In this document: piece after piece, positions 10,829-23,400 of the stretch
Layout of the letters: each line of letters begins with the position of its first letter
How positions within the stretch are numbered: position 1 is the first letter of the stretch
Origin: Schizochytrium sp. TIO01
Taxonomy: Eukaryota; Protista; Bigyra: Labyrinthulomycetes
Direction of reading: 5' to 3'
Assembly (NCBI GenBank): GCA_004764695.1
Contig: SMSO01000025.1
Coordinates: 372,001-436,000, forward strand
Length of the DNA stretch: 64,000 nt
Notes under the pieces: generated by a model
The model's input: the letters and a program-made list of their open reading frames with translations, nothing else
Told to the model about the DNA's origin: nothing
The model's database searches: none
Made by a program: the position numbers and the translations under genes

Positions 10829-13800
10829 TTATAGAGCAAATTCATCTTCATCATCGTCGCCTAGGTCTGCAACAGGTGGTTTGGAGAGATCCAGTTCATC
10901 GTCAAGCTGTATAGAATCTCGCGAAGGTCTGCTATCTTGCAAGAAGTTTGCTCGAGAATTTTGTTTGGTTGTGAGAACAGGTGATGTTTGTTTTGCAGAA
11001 CTCATAGTTTCCCTACTTGGTTCAGCCTTGTGCATGGGCTCGACATTTTCTAACATGGCTTGGGCTTTCGCCTCTGCTTGAGCTTTCGCCTCTGCTTGAG
11101 CTTGTGCCTCTGCTTGAGCTTTCGCCTCTGCTTGAGCTTGTGCCTCTGCTTGAGCTCTTGCTTCTGCTTGCTGTCGTTCAAATTCTTCTTGGCGCTGGAG
11201 TTCCAGCTTTTTACGTTCCCGCTCTCGCTCCCTTTCTGTAGCCTGACGTTTGAGCTCTTCCAACTGTTCATGCTCCATTTGCTCCTGTGCTTGCAGGCGC
11301 GCTTCAGCCTCGCGCTGAAGCTTTTCTTGCTTCACAGTATTTTGAAGAACTGTCATCTTTGCATCAACTTGTGCACAAGTTTGCTGCGCGTGTTCTACAC
11401 CCTCCTGGAGATCTTCCAATGTTTCAAAGATATGTTCTGCAGCATCTGCAATATGAACTTGTTCGCCTTGCAAAGCTTGCTCTGCCACCCCGGCAAGCAA
11501 TCTCTCTAGCGTCAAGGCTACCTCGAGGTCCTCAAGTTGAGCTCTGGTTTGCGATAAAGATTTGCTCTCGAGCTGGGTTAGTTTAGTACTCAGCTGGTCG
11601 ACTGCTAGGTGTACTGTGCGCTGTCCAGCAGCACGCTGCTCAATCTCTTGTTGAATTTGAACACGAAGGTGTTCAGAAAATTGATAGGAAGACTGCTGTG
11701 TCTCATAAACAACTCCTTCAAGCTCACTAGCTTTGGCGTTTACTTCCTCGTAAAACTGTGTGAAACTGCCTTCCAAATCTGTTAGCCCTTGCTGAAGCTC
11801 ACTCCGTAGCCTTTCTTCCTTCTCACGCTCAGCTCTTGCTTGTTGTTCCTGGATTTCACGCTTATCAATCTCGTGTAAAATTGTTTCAAGTGCTTCCTTA
11901 GAGGCATGCGATGCAGCTACACGTTCAATTGAAGCATTCAGGTCTTGCACAGCTTGCTTCATTGTTTGGTATTGCTCCTTAAATCTAACCAGGTTTTGAT
12001 CCTGCACAAGTTGTGCTTGATGAGATACGTTCTGTAGTTGACTTTTCATCTCTGATGCATGCTGCTCAAGCTCTTGACGATTCGAACCTTGCATAGCATG
12101 GATTTTGGCCTGAACTAAATCGTTATTCTCTGCTACATGTACTTCGAAATGTGTACGTGCTTGTGTCACTGCCGAGTCAAGCCGATCTATGTCAGCCTTT
12201 CGAATTTCGTCGAGCCTTTCAAGTTCAACGCGGAGTTTATCAACTTCAACCTGTTGAGATGCAGTACGCTTAGCCAGTTTAGCCTCGCACAAGCTCACAC
12301 GCTCGAGCGCTTCTGCATTAGTCAACTGCCGAGCCTGTGCAAACTCTGCTAGCTTGTTGCTGATATGCTGAATTTCCTGTTGAAGTTTGGTTTTTAATGC
12401 AGTCACCTGCGCATCAACTTGCCTGCGTAGCTTCTCATTTATCTCGTGAGCATCTCTTCGAAACTTATCAATCTGAACTTGTAGGGTTTGTGCAGTATTT
12501 GTGACATGTTCTCGCGCTTTGGCCTCGTGACGCATACGCGATCTAACTTCTGCACGAACAACCTCTTCTAAGTCAGAAAGCTTACCAGAAGAAAGTTCAT
12601 CACCTCGGGCCTGCCATGGTATGACCTGATTTCCCAATTTGCATTCCTTGCCCTAACCGATCTTGAAGTGTTTCAAATTGTTCCTCGAGATCATCATGCA
12701 ACCGGCGAATTGCGTCAACACGTGACGATTCCTCACGGCGCAAATCCTCCGTGACCACTTCTAGACGAGACTCCATATCCTCTCGAAGCTCATTAATTCG
12801 AAGATCGTCATGCGACGATCGTGTAATAAAATCTTCGGTCACCTTTTGCATGCGCAAATCCAGATTTCGGCGGTCTACTTCAAACGTATCCTTGAAGCGC
12901 ACAAACTCTTCTTGCACTCTCGACCTCGTCTCCATCTGTTCTCGCCGTATGCTTTCAGTTTCTGTGCTTAAGCGTTCTCTCACGTCTCGAGCGTGCATAT
13001 CCATGCGTGCATTGATTTTTTCCCCGTTGCGGATTGCATTTTCTCGTAATTCTTCAATTGCGGATTGATTTATTGTTTGTACTTGATTCTGCCGGGAAGC
13101 CTGTGTGTCAACCATATCGTGAATTTTATGCAAATTTTCCTTAAGTTGCTCTTGTTGACGACTCACCTGGGCTTTCCACTCAGCATAACTGTTTTCTCCG
13201 TTTCGAACCCGAAGAGCTACTGAGCTTATTTGCTCTAACGTCGTGATAAATTGCTGCTCTACATGTGCAGTTTGTTGCTGCAGCTGTTGCTTTAATTCGA
13301 CAATGTGCTTTTGGAAGTCTACCAATACGCCTCCCTGTTTTGACAACCTTGTCGATAATTCTTCATGTTTCTCCTTCTCGGCAGTAATCTTTTCGATAGG
13401 CGGTGATTGCTGTAAAGTTGTGAGTCTTTGTAGATCTGCTGAAAGTTTTTTAATGCGATCATCTCGATCAATGAGCAAGTCTTCAAGAGATCCCACATGC
13501 TTCGATAGTTGTCCAAGTGCAAGTTCAAGTTTTGTAACACGCTCGCTTGAAATAGTTTCCACCTGATTGCCGTGAGCACTTGTGTTTCGAGCTTTTGTCT
13601 CCGCAAGTGAAGCAGTGAGATCACGAATGCGGGCTTCATCCTGCTGCCTATTTGCCTCAAGACCTTTAATACGATCTTCCATGATACGAAATCTTTCTTC
13701 AGCAAGGTCATTGAACATCTGTTGATCCTGGGCCTGCATGCGCAAACGCATATTGACATTTGGTGAGGTTTGTGCGGATTGGTAGCTTTTTGTGTACTTA

Positions 13801-14093
13801 TAAGAATCTTCATCGCGCGAATCTAGCGCGTATGGTGGTGCTACAAGCTTAGGCTGTGTTCCTCCAAGCCCTTGTGGATTCGGATACCCTGTCCCTCGTT
13901 GCGCATACATTTTTTCAGTTTGGTGATCTTGTTGCTGCGCAAGCTTTTGCACCATAAATGGAGATGAGGCTCCCAGACCAACATTTTCGTGTGCTTTGGG
14001 GCTGAGCTGACGCATGGCTTCATAAGCATCGGTAGTGCGCTGCTCCTGTAGTCTCCTCGGCACGGGTGGTGGTCCAAATCTTGATCTGTGCAT
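10829..14093 (-). CDS. Long coiled-coil protein encoded by two overlapping ORFs (12600-14093 and 10829-12637) joined by a +1 frame break
   Basis: Both ORFs are E/Q/L/R-rich heptad sequence on the same strand and overlap by 38 nt. The downstream ORF starts at TTG rather than ATG. Confidence 0.75.
11058..11170 (-). repeat. Coding 18-nt tandem repeat (AQAEAK/AQAEAQ)
   Basis: About 6 units of GCTCAAGCAGAGGC(GAAA/ACAA) on the minus strand. Confidence 0.9.
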
Positions 14094-15111
14094 TCTTTGG
14101 GTGTGGTCTTCGCGCTTTCGCTTTTTATTTGACTTGCCTCTTTACAGACTTTATCAGTCGCGCTGCTCCTATTTCAGCGTTGTTTGCAACAATGCTCTCG
14201 TAAAACACACACAAACTCAATCTGTCCAAGCCATCGTCTGTACCCTCAACAATCAGTGCAGCGCAACACACATCCAGTTCTACATTTCCTACATCCCCAC
14301 ATACTTCTTATCCCATTCCCCATCTTTAGTTTCCCTCGGAAAAGGCTATCACTCTAGGTAAAATTCCATCAATTGCAAAGCGAGCCGTTGAGCCCATTTT
14401 TTTCAGACTTGCAAATTTAGCAGTGAGCCATTCCTGAGGCAAACTCGCTTCCAACAAATGTGTAAACTGCTCCTAGGCCCAAAAGCAACAAATCAGCATA
14501 TTTACAGCGTACTCTATCAAACTATTTGCGATCATTGTCTTCAAAAGTTTGCTGCAAACAAAACAAGCCCGGCACTCCCGATGGCGCTCTCGAGATGGTT
14601 CTGGTGGAGAGCACCAAGATAGGTCCACATAGCCAATACTATAAGAGTGGCTACCTACATTGGAAGAAAGTGCGCAAACCGCCGCCCATCGAGCGAGCGC
14701 AAAAGGCTCGCTGACTGGCGAAGCTTGGGCGCCATCCTGAGACCACAAACAACAATTGATTGCCCAACGACCGCGGCCGTCTCTCGCTCGTGGCGCGTGG
14801 AGGGATTTATAACGTGAAGGTTCCCTGCAATAAGACCTCCAAGAACCCGATCTGATTGATTGTTGATCGCAGGTGCAGGGGTGCCTACCGTTTCGCTGGT
14901 GGCTCGAGCCACGGCCATTGTGGCTTGTGGTTGGCTTCATTTGACAGATCGTATCAATATTCTACGCAGAACTTCTTCTTGAGCTAACCTTTACTACGTT
15001 GCTGAAAACCTTTGTCCTTGAGGCTCGGAGTCCATACTTCTTTCGCTAAATTTGATTGGTTTGCTTGCTAGTACTAGCTTTGAGAGTGAGAGTAATATTT
15101 TATATTTCACA

Positions 15112-18040
15112 ATGGTACAGTTAACCACCGTTGACCGCGACGAAAAATACTCAGATGAGACGCTTGCCGAAGCACTGGCTGCAGACCATTCTGGACGTCA
15201 CACTGCTCGTATTGCGCATCTATACTTTGATCGTACTAAATTCCTCACAGATAAGGATTACAAAGTAGAACTGCCTGAGCTTTTTTCAAGGATCTTTGGT
15301 ACCATTGACGGAAATGGTCAACTCCTAGACCACGGTTGGCTCGGTAAATCGCAGAATATTCCGGGATCTCCGACCTCTCTAGCGCAGAGTCTTCAGAAAG
15401 ATCTCGAAAATACCTTTGACACGAAGAAATGGTCACGTGAACAGCTAGCAGCATTTCGAGTGTTCCAGCTACTTGATCCAGGTGATCAGGGAAACCTCTT
15501 TGAGGTTATCTTTGAGCGTGAAAATCGCGCGAGATACATTTACTACATGCGAAAGGAGGTTTTTCCAAACCACCTTACAGCAATTTTGCCAGCCTACCTT
15601 CAGTCTGGAGGACGCGATGCTCATTTGACTTTGGGAGGCCGAGGCTCTGGTTTGCAATTCTACGAAACCCTTTCTGTAGCTACCTCACCCAGTGAGCTAT
15701 ACCCCTGAAAATATTAACGAGAGTATTGCACTTTCTTTAGAAGAGCTTTATGTTTTTCGCTTCGTAAATTGGTTCGCGCTATACTCATCAGAAAACTCTA
15801 GATCCACTGGGGCCTCCGCGGGCTCACAGACAAGCACATCCCAAAGCACCGGGCCTATGCATAGCAAAAGTATTTCAGGCGCAGGAAAGAAGTCATTAAC
15901 TGGACCTAGCCGACGAACTGGGTATGTTCTTTATCTATCGCAGCGCCACACGCTTGATATGATAAATAATAATCCGCCTCTGGAACTTTTCCGTCGCTAC
16001 CTTGAGCGAATGGTGCCTCATGATACAAGTAAGATGATGTACAACGAAAAGCTTTTCTTCTCCACGATTATCCACCTATGGTTGCTTCGAAACGTAGAAT
16101 TATGCGCACCTAGTCTGCAACAAAACCTTTCAGGTAATTATCTGACAAATGGAACAATGGTTGTTGCTCGTCCACAGTATGGTAGTATGACATACTCAGC
16201 TTCAACCCCACCTGCACCACAACAAGCTTTCCTTGCGCCCTCAAGTACTTTGCTCCAAGCCCTAACAATATTCTTCGTCCATATTTGTGCAGACAAGAAT
16301 TTATGCCCAGGATATCCTGCAAGCAAATCAAGTATGGGACAATCAACTAGTAGCGCCCTTGTAGTCTCAAACGTTGGCATAAGTAGTTGTCAAGGCATGC
16401 TGAAGACAGGTGAGCCGGGTCTTACTCCATACCTTCGTGCTATTCGGTGCCCGGTGTACCAGTTCTTTGTTACCACGCTACAGCGAGTAGACAAATTGCC
16501 AAATAGCACTTCTGCTGGATTGTTGAATACCATGGACTTGTGGCTCTCATACTTGCAGCCTTGGCGTGCAGCGTGGCGCTGGGAACCCAAGCAGACTGAA
16601 ACACACAATTCAATGCAAAATATGTTCAACACATTTGTGCATGCGCGTAGGGAGGAACCCACCACTGGTCGGACTGGGCCTCGATCGAGTCAGGGGCAGT
16701 CTGCGAACGACGCCAACAAGGTCGCATCGCAGGCCAAGCCAGTGAGTGAGAATTTTGAGCCGCAATGGATGTGGTTCGTGATTCAGAATTACCTCACGTA
16801 CTCGCACGTGCTGCAGATTGTAATTGCACGTCTGCAAGAAACGAGCCTCAGCGAGCCTGATCGGCGTATGATTGAGCGCGCTTTCCATGCCTCGGGAGCC
16901 TTTTCCGATGCGGTGGTCTGTATCTTGCGCTCTTGCGAAATAATAATTGAGGATGAAGTTCTTGAACAGCCTGCTCGCCCTCTTCGTGATGAGCTCGCTG
17001 CAAGTTACCATCACCTTGGTTATATTGCTAATCCCGAGATTTTGGATGCCAAACGACGAGGTGAAGTACAAGATCTCCTTACCATCGTTGACTGTATGCA
17101 TGAGCATCGTAAGGATATTTACTCCATTTTGAGTCAACACATGAAAGAGTTGGATTGGCATGTTGAAGAACGCGCCATCCCCGCGCTGCTTGACTCTCGA
17201 CCTGCAATGCAGATCATCCTCAACCAAATCAATTCCCTCTCTGCTCAAGAAAAGAAATCCAGCGGGTACATGCCTTCAGGAAACTTGGGTAGGTTCATTT
17301 ATTCACAGGGCACTGGTGACAAGGAACAGGAAAAAATTCCAAATGCAACCGAGCGCGAGAATACTGTTAGACGCATGCACAATGTGTTCAACGTTCCACA
17401 GCCCAAGCGTCAGACAGGTGGCTTAAGCAAAGGAACGAGTGATCAATCCTTTGCAAAGTCTGCTCCCCTCGACGCACCTGAGTCTCGCCTAATGTTGGCT
17501 TCCCCGCAATGGCTAGGAGAACAAGTGACTTGCGTATATCGTCGCCTAACTGCCCTTGGCCGTCTGCAGATGGACTCTGGAAGACGTATTTGCGGTACTC
17601 AAGAAATGCGGTATGTAGGCGACCCTTTGGTGAACCCGCCTCCAGTATGCAGTTATGAGATTGCTTGGCTCGTACGCCTTACATTTTCGCTCTCCAAGTC
17701 TCTCAACAAACTTTTTGACCTTGATCACGTAACGTATGACATGGACGAACAGGGTGATGGCGAATGGAAGCAATCTCAATTCCGATTTAATCTACGGTTC
17801 ATGGCTGACGCAAGAAACATGTTATTCTTCGCTATTGTTGTGGTTCTTTGCAACGCTGTGTTCTTCCAATTTCCTTTGGCGTTTCCTTATATTCTGGCCA
17901 TGCTTTTATCCCCACTTTCTGTTCTTTTGGGCCCTGACTCAATCGGTGAGTATGGTGCGTTGCTGATTTGGCCTTTTGCTGTTATGATTCAGCTGGTTCG
18001 TTATTCAGGTTTGGATGAAACAACTGGCGGGGAGTTTTAG
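15112..18040 (+). CDS. SMPD4: Sphingomyelin phosphodiesterase 4 (neutral sphingomyelinase 3) homologue, split at ~15692-15740 by a short intron or +1 frameshift
   Basis: ORF1 has ELFSRIFG..GWL..LLDPG (SMPD4 N-terminus). ORF2 has ELYVFRF, DLWLSYLQPWR, YVGDP..PVCSYEIAWLVRL, FNLRFMAD and C-terminal TM segments, all SMPD4-like. Confidence 0.85.
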
Positions 18041-18760
18041 ATTCATGTAAAGTGGATGAATGTCCTTTTGAACCTGCCACATGTGAGCAACAAAGTAGGA
18101 CTAGAGTTTTTGATGGTCTTCGTAAACATAATCTTTTTCTAGTATGATATTCTTTCTGCCCTGTTTTTGATGTAAGTCTCTTGTATCTTCATATTATCAC
18201 TTTGGGAATCCATCATGAAAATACAAAACTAAATTGTATTGATTGGTACTACACCTTGCATGGGTTTCACTTCAGCCTGGAGCAACTCACGGGCGACTTG
18301 ATCTCAAATCCAGAAACAAAAGTGCAAAGGTAGTGAATATCTTGACTCAGGTAAAAATAAAGAAAGATATAGCAAGCTAGCAAGCAGGCAAGGAAGGAAA
18401 CATGACAAGTCAGGTAAGCCTCTAGCAGAAATTAGATTACCTGCAACAAATCTGGCTCAAAAAATTGGGAAACAGGTGTTTGCACGCACCGAGACCTGGT
18501 CGTAGATGAATTAAATCGTTAACCTCGCATCGCTACATGCTCGCTGAGTTAAGTAGTATTTAGGGTGTATTTGGCGTTGAATGAACGAGCAAATCCACTT
18601 TGAATCTCCTGTACAAACAGGTAGAGAGAGAAAGATAAGGCCAAGTTGGAAAAAAAGCATGATTGATCAAAACATGCATAGTTCCCTCGTCGGTATTTGA
18701 TCTTTTTCCCAGATCCATCAGTATATCAGCCGCTCCGGCACAAGGAAGTCCCCACACAAC

Positions 18761-18928
18761 TTAGTGGTGGTGGCCAGCCGGGTCGTGCTTGTGGTCGTAG
18801 TGCTGCTTAGCGTGGAAGACAACACCAACGGTGAAGAGAACGCCCATGACGTGGAAGACAGGTGCGCCGCTGCCGGTACGGATGTAGCGGCGGCTGTAGT
18901 CCTTCATGAAGTTATCGAGGCCGCTCAT
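18761..18928 (-). CDS. Small protein, 55 aa, mitochondrial ATP synthase subunit f-like
   Basis: Hand translation: MSGLDNFMKDYSRRYIRTGSGAPVFHVMGVLFTVGVVFHAKQHYDHKHDPAGHHH. Strong C-ending codon bias; Y..RYI.TGS..P..H, one TM segment and a His-rich tail as in plant-type subunit f. Confidence 0.75.
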   Translation of the reverse strand: MSGLDNFMKDYSRRYIRTGSGAPVFHVMGVLFTVGVVFHAKQHYDHKHDPAGHHH

Positions 18929-20606
18929 TGTGCAAGTCTAGCAAAACTTCCTTGTAGGGAATTTAACCTAAGTTCCTGTCCAATTAAACAGCAGCAAAAC
19001 ATGACACCAATAACCACACACATGATCGATTCCGCACGCAGCAGCAGTAAAATCAGTAACCATAGAAGAAGTGAACACAAATGAAAACAAAGCAGAGTCC
19101 AATGAGCCGTCAGTTTCTCACTTATTCAAATATACATATTTTCCATTACCCATTTCCTTCCAAACTTCCACTGCAAGCCGAAAACGCTCAAGCTATCGAA
19201 GGAACGCCAGACATCGCCAGCTTCTTCCTCGCGCGCTCCTTCGACCAGGTCCTCGCGCTAACCAAAGCTGTTCCCGCTGACCGGCAGCGCAGCTGCAGCA
19301 GGAGCTTCTTAGTGATTTACTTAGCTATTGCCTAAGAGTATTGCTAGTCGCTGCCTCGCTGGCCTATCTTGGCCGCCATGCCGCCATGCCGCCCCGTGCC
19401 GAGGTCCTCCGGAGTGAAAACGCCGCTCAAGCGCCATCTGTGCTTCTATGCTCCTTGTAGTGGCTCCCACTGCCCTCTCCATGCCCGCAAGAGCCCCCGC
19501 GGACCCGCCTGCGCGCGCCGCGCTTACTTACTCAATCAATGTGGCTCTGCTGCTGCAGCCACTTGCAGCTCTAGCGCAGTCGGCGCCCCTCATCCTTTCC
19601 ATATTATACTTGTATCAATCGTATAATAGCAGGTCTCGAAAGCAGTACCAAGTTCGGACTGTACTGGATTGAGGCCTTCTAAAGTACTTGTAAAAGGTAC
19701 TGGTACCTGCGGCCACTGCAGGCGTCGTTCTCATATTGTATTTGTATCTAGGTGTTTAAAGCAAGGTGTAAAGTGGGACGAAGTTTGGTACTGAATACTG
19801 GTTAGAAGGACAGGGACCAAAGGAGCGTCGGTGTGCGCGCTAAGGATTGCTTGATTCAACCTCTGTGGGAGAAGGCATTGATTGCATTGTAGGATGTGTA
19901 CCCTGTGCTGGTGAGGAGGAGGGACTATTGTTTGCTGCATGTATATTAAAAAGAGAGGACCTGGGCTGTAGGTGATGCTGGCATGGATTGTTTGGTTTTC
20001 CTTCATGTTTGATTCCGAGGAAAGCTTTGGGTTTTATACATGAGATATTGAATAATAGTACTAGTACCTAGGTACGGAGTAACTTCAGTTTTGCGTGTAA
20101 ACGCGATGAATTAAAATCGGAAGGTGCAAGAGAGAGAGAGAGAGAGAGACAGAAAGCAAATTTTGTCAATGCTGAGCGAAACAAAAACAAACTCTGGGAA
20201 GAAACAATCATCCATTATGTTTGGAGGCTTGATGTGTATATATTGGTTCATGGATCTCGAATCGTACCTACACGTATAAAGACATGACAATAAATTCAAC
20301 TTTAATTTAGACCTTCTATTGTTTCGTTCATAAGAGGGGCGCAAAGCTGAGACTGGACTGAAATTGTGCTCGCGTTTTTTAATTTTTGTTTTTCTGAGAG
20401 AAAACGCGAGACTAGACTTGACAAAAAAAAAAGGGCAAATTGCTGTCATGCGCAGCCGTCACCTTTTACATCTGTTCGTATAGAATTATGAAACTGCATA
20501 TTCATAACTTCAAAAAATAGAATTTGGCTTCAAGAAGAAACGAGACGTTGCTGGACTTGTCCAGGATTGATGTTTACGAGAAATCAGTGAAAGAAGACAG
20601 TGTAGT

Positions 20607-21437
20607 TTAACCAGTCCAAGACTCTCCAAAGTCAGGGACCAGGTCCTCCTCATCAAAGACCTGCTCAACCTCTTTGACCTCGTCCAGCATGTGGACAAGA
20701 AGATTCTTTATGCTAAATCTCATAGTGACGGTCGAGCTAGGACACGAAACACAGGCTCCAACCAAACGGAGTTTGACAGTTCCTGTAGCCGCGTCGAACC
20801 CGCGGTATTCTACATCCCCACCATCCATTTGCAAGTTTGGCCGGATTCTTTCATCGAGGATCTCCTGAATTATTACCTCAACGTCATCCTCTGCAGCTTC
20901 TTCAGGCGCTTTTTCAGAGGGTTGCGCTTCATCAGAACCAGCGAGAATTGTTTGCCACTTTCCATCGCCAAGGTCATGCTGAAGAGACTGCTGTAACCCT
21001 TCTCCAATCTCATCCCACACGTCATCATCGACTTCTTCGTCAAGCGTTACTGAAATAAAGTCGTCAGCTACAAGAGCATTTGTGAACTTGGCTTCAGGTC
21101 TTCGTTCCTGAAGCTTTTGCAATATCGACGGAGCCGCAAGGTCCTGCAAGATAGCAGCAGAATCAGACCCGGGTTTGATTTGGATTGTAGACCCCACGCG
21201 CCCATTTCGAGGCCGTAGAAGCCGCAGCCTTCCGTCTGCAGGCACGAATTTCATACACTTGGGATTCGGAGTTGACTGCGTCATGAGCTCGAAGCTGCCG
21301 ATGCAACGCGTTGCCAAGACTACTGAAGAGCCTCCGGCCTTGGGAAAGGGGTGCCCCGCTCCAGGTGTGGGGCGTGTGCCCGCACTGCGAAACCGGCCCA
21401 GAGCCAAGCGGCGCGTGCATGCTGCAGAAGCCCTCAT
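20607..21437 (-). CDS. NFU1: Mitochondrial NifU-like Fe-S cluster carrier
   Basis: Nfu_N motif TPNPKCMKFVP and NifU domain RIRPNLQMDGGDVEY...GACVSCPSS (CxxC). Arg/Ala-rich presequence from the ATG at 21437; an in-frame ATG at 21479 also exists. Confidence 0.92.
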   Translation of the reverse strand: MRASAACTRRLALGRFRSAGTRPTPGAGHPFPKAGGSSVVLATRCIGSFELMTQSTPNPKCMKFVPADGRLRLLRPRNGRVGSTIQIKPGSDSAAILQDLAAPSILQKLQERRPEAKFTNALVADDFISVTLDEEVDDDVWDEIGEGLQQSLQHDLGDGKWQTILAGSDEAQPSEKAPEEAAEDDVEVIIQEILDERIRPNLQMDGGDVEYRGFDAATGTVKLRLVGACVSCPSSTVTMRFSIKNLLVHMLDEVKEVEQVFDEEDLVPDFGESWTG

Positions 21438-21932
21438 GTTGCAGTTCGCGGTCTGCTTTGGGTGGACTCTTTTTCTCATTTTTTTTTTTCAGTCGTTCAT
21501 TAGTGCTAAGTGAGGCTACTATTCAAGCGAAATGTAATGCGATTTTGGAGTCAGCAAAAGTGGAGGGTCGGCATGTGGGAACTAGGAACCAAGGTTGGGG
21601 AATCGCCCGTCCTGATATCTGTAGTGCCAGGAGCTTTAAAGGTGAGTAATGGGCTTCTTCATAGAAGCGTACCTGTGTCTGGCATGTCATGAAACAGGAT
21701 TTGGAATGTCACAACATGGGAAAATGACATCAAGATAGAGAACATTATTTCTCATCTTTGGCATATCTTTGACTGTGAAGTGCTATGGGAAGAAGCGTCA
21801 CCCTTGAGTATGGACTGACTTAAGAGATATCGCCATGCGAGTTTTAGAATAATATTGATGTTTCGGTAGTGACAAATACAGAATATAATCAGGAATGAGC
21901 ATGTGTTCGTGAAGAAACTCGGTTAGATTACA

Positions 21933-22039
21933 GTGTTGCGAGCATATATGATCTGTTGGCTGATCAAGCATAGTACATGTCACTTGTGTTGCGGGCATAT
22001 GTGATTTGTTGGTTGATCAAGCATAGTACATGCCACCTG
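21933..22039. repeat. 53-bp tandem duplication spanning the tetraspanin stop codon
   Basis: GTGTTGCG(A/G)GCATAT(A/G)TGAT(C/T)TGTTGG(C/T)TGATCAAGCATAGTACATG occurs at 21933 and 21986. Confidence 0.9.
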
Positions 22040-22929
22040 GATCTTCATGGTGCACAGGCTGTGGTACAACTCTTACCACAAAAAAGAATAGCATAATCAC
22101 ATCAGCAAGCGTAAAAGCTACAAAGACACAGTATGTTTGCAAAATAACTCCAACCTGCTCGATTATATAGGTTGAGATGTAGGATTTGCACGTGTCCGTG
22201 AATTGGCAACGCGCCTCCGGGGGATTCTGCCTCTGGTTTGTGACAGAGTCGTAGCCGCAGCAACGGCCATCGTTCTGAACTTCCGAAATAAATGCCAAAA
22301 GATTTGCAGAGTCCTCACTGCCAGTCACGATACCATCCATGACAGCTTCCCATCCTAACTTAATCTGGTCATCATTAACACGTAATTGGTCTGGGTTTCT
22401 AACACCAGAAAGTAAAACTGCGCAAACGAATTGAAAAGCCGCTAAGAGTACACTCAGGAACAGGTAGACCTTGACAAAGCTACGTTGCCTATAGAGAGAT
22501 GAGAATAGTCCAAGCACGGCGTTTGCTCCAATGACGCCAGCGCAAATAATGATAATCGACCCTGTACCATTCCCTATTGTGTACACAATGGAGAATATGA
22601 CCTCATTGTTCATATAGTGAAGTGCTTGGGCAACGACGAAGCATGAAACAATGAACTGGACCACACAAGACCCCATAAGAAGTAGTCTATTGCATGCTAG
22701 GGTCTGCGTTTGTGTTTCATAAGCAAGCCACAAGCACAAGTATAGGAAACCCGTGTACAAATTGCATCTCAAAAATAAAACAGTTAATTTTTCTGTACTT
22801 ATCATTGTATCCAGGCAAACGCAGTCACCCTAGTCATCAGCTTAAACCTACTGTTTGCAGATTATTTCTGCAGCACTGGACCCACGTCAGCTGTGTTGGG
22901 CCATCACCCTTCATGCCTTCATCATCCAT
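22017..22929 (-). CDS. Tetraspanin-family protein (exons 22929-22852 and 22703-22017)
   Basis: Four TM segments, CCG motif (GRCCGYD) plus two further Cys in the large loop. A phase-0 GTAGGT...ACGCAG intron (22851-22704) joins an ATG exon (MDDEGMKG...NLQT) in frame. Confidence 0.85.
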
Positions 22930-23400
22930 CGCCGTATGCAAGTCAGCAGAATCTGCCTTATCCAAGTACCTAAACTGCCTCGATTTCCCTTCCAATGCTC
23001 CTTATGCTGACCGCCCTCCACTTGGTCTCTCTCGCGCAGCGCAGAGGACCCCAAATTACAATTCTGCGAGCCCACGATGTGCCTGTACTAGTAAAAATGT
23101 TCGTTGACTACGTTATGACTTGTTGAGATGGAACCGTTGAGTTTATTTCTTTAGTCTATAGTATATTAACTATTGTACAGTAGAGTATTCACATTTAAAG
23201 TGCAGTATACACCTAAGCGACTACTATACAACAGAATTCGTCGCCAGTTCGCAGAGTCTTGAAGCAGCGGAAGAGCGCTTCCGCAAGGCAATAACTCCAC
23301 TTCTGCGACCTGCAAGACAGCGTCAGACTTTGCGACCTGGCCTCGCGGCAAAATGCAGCGGACTGCTAATATATGGCTTCTGCAGCTTTTAACGTTGGTG

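Noticed and set aside
14473-14940. Short ORFs between the coiled-coil gene and SMPD4
   Set aside because: Mutually overlapping with no recognisable homology; more likely promoter or leader sequence.
18764-19084. 106-aa plus-strand ORF
   Set aside because: Antisense shadow of the codon-biased 55-aa gene.
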